Shown here: in pieces, positions 62,403 through 64,000 of the stretch
How the letters are laid out: each line of letters starts with the position of its first letter
How positions within the stretch are numbered: position 1 is the stretch's first letter
Assembly: GCF_009834535.1 (NCBI RefSeq)
Contig: NC_045697.1
Span: forward strand, 6,698,001 to 6,762,000
Reading direction: 5' to 3'
Source of the DNA: Camelus ferus
Taxonomy: Eukaryota
DNA: 64,000 nt
Notes under the pieces: generated by a model
What the model was told of the DNA's origin: nothing
What the model saw: the letters and a program-made list of their open reading frames with translations, nothing else
The model's database searches: none
Program-made: the position numbers and the translations under genes

Positions 62403-64000
62403 GACAGGAACTATAGCCCCCAAAGGATCTAGGGAACAGAAGGGATGGACACATGATTTATGGCATCACCCTAGGATGAATCAACTCCACTCATTGCCTT
62501 TTTTTTTTTTTTTTTTTGTCATTCCACTCAAGACAGCACTTACCATCCCTGGAATGGCATCTTGATTGGCAGCTTCATCCAAATTCACCCATATTGGGCA
62601 ATTGAAGTCCTCCTGCAACAGGAGTGAGCAAGTCGTGCTCAGCAGATGCAAAATACTATTTTGGACGTGAGGACCTGAGTCTTCTGGAAACTGAAGTACA
62701 CCGTTGAGTGACAGGGTGTTGTTGGGCTACTCCTGCTAGATCTTCTTGCACATGTTCTGTGGGGACTCTTCTTGGAGGAATCTTTTGTTGATGATGATGA
62801 CTTCGTGAGTGTTTGCTAAGAGGCTGAGAAAGCATTTCCAACAGTCGTGTTAGTGACGGACACTTCCTCCTCCACTTCTAACATTCCCATTCTGTGAAGA
62901 AGCTCAGCGCACCTCTGGGCCCTTCTCTGCTCCTTTAGCTTATGAGTGAAGTGGTTTCCTGGCTGAGATATTTGGAAGGAAAAACCAGGGATGCTCAGCT
63001 CAGCTAAGTGGTCTAAGTCACAAGGGTTACAGGCAGGGAGGGCTGCCCAAGTCCAGCACTGCTGGAGTCTGAGTGGGTAGGATTCCTTAGATCCAAGTCG
63101 GTGTTATTGTCATCAAGCCCACTTGATTAATCTACGTAAGGATGTGTTTTCCACCTGTAATAAATATCATGTTTGGCCTCCTTATTTGTCTTTTGCTTTA
63201 TTTCCCTCCTTGTTTGAAATCCAGGTAGTAAAGGGGGATTATATTTTTGTGGGTTCCATTGGCAACCCCAGTAGAGAGAAGTAACATGAGCCCAAGACCC
63301 GTTGTGTAAAATCGTTCATAGCATTTTGGGAACTCTGTGGTTCACGTACCTGGACTAAAGGGATGGGGTGGAACAAGCTAGAAAGGCGTGAGAGAATCAG
63401 ATAATGAAAGAATGTGCGCCATACTGAACAGTGTGGGTTTTATATAGAGGGCCTCTGTAGGTTGCTGATGGATGCAGGGGATGGAATTGAAAACACTTTT
63501 TTTTTAAATCCACTCAGGCACCATTGTTGAGAATGTTCAGTCAGGGCCTCAACCACAATGCAGTGGAGCCAAGTCATAAGCACCACCTTATAGATTCAAA
63601 TACGTGTGTTCCACAGGACGCAAAGAAGCAAAGAAACAAAGCAATCAAGAAAAAGAGAAAAATGTGAAAGAGAGGCAGGAGAGAGAGAATTTTCAAATAG
63701 TGTAAGTGATTTCACTGCCCATTCTTACCAATTAATTTATTGGGCTTCTTCTGGCTCCTGAGTAATAGAGACCGCAAATAATGGTGTGTTCTCAACATCG
63801 AATTCAATCCAAAATCATTGATATCTGGATCTAAAAAGGCTCAGAGATGATCCCATCCATCTCTTAACACACATTCAGTGATTTGCCCACAGTCCCATAG
63901 TTCACTTTTCAATGTCTTTTTCAGCTCCATAAACTAGCTGTGCACCCTGTGTTCAATGTTCCATATCTATATGTCCTGCAAGCTGGACTCACAGGTGTTG

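Noticed and set aside
62656..62895. Minus-strand ORFs with some CpGs, possible processed-pseudogene fragment
   Set aside because: No frame examined gave a recognisable protein, and there is no polyA or TSD.
1..64000. A novel multi-gene or prokaryote-style system
   Set aside because: The window is mammalian repeat-rich non-coding DNA with no long ORFs, operon structure or arrays.

Overview
This is mammalian non-coding DNA, AT-rich and CpG-depleted, and most likely camelid. The species call rests on two tRNA-derived SINEs that match my recollection of the camelid Vic-1 family, plus young L1 3' ends. I found no credible cellular protein-coding gene, RNA gene or CRISPR array. The only recognisable proteins in the ORF track are fragments of LINE-1 ORF2p; the other ORFs look like chance ORFs. 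The window is mainly a layered record of transposons: young and old L1s, L2, MIR, MaLR/ERVL/ERV1 solo LTRs, MER5/MER20 DNA transposons and microsatellites, with several readable target-site duplications (TSDs) and nested insertions. The best leads are: (1) two inverted young L1 copies about 14 kb apart that share a near-identical tract of about 256 bp, including the same TGA stop at the last Cys of the ORF2p CCHC motif, followed by an abrupt drop in identity, which suggests gene conversion or a defective source element; (2) two twin-priming 5'-inverted L1 insertions; (3) a CpG-retaining zone at about 51-54.4 kb followed by a splice donor and a 39-nt ATG-starting exon-like segment; (4) a 30-bp dispersed direct repeat carrying TCF/LEF and PBX-type motifs. 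I cannot support a new biological system from this sequence. Repeat subfamily names come from memory of consensus sequences. Repeat boundaries are approximate unless a TSD is quoted, and all counts are hand counts.
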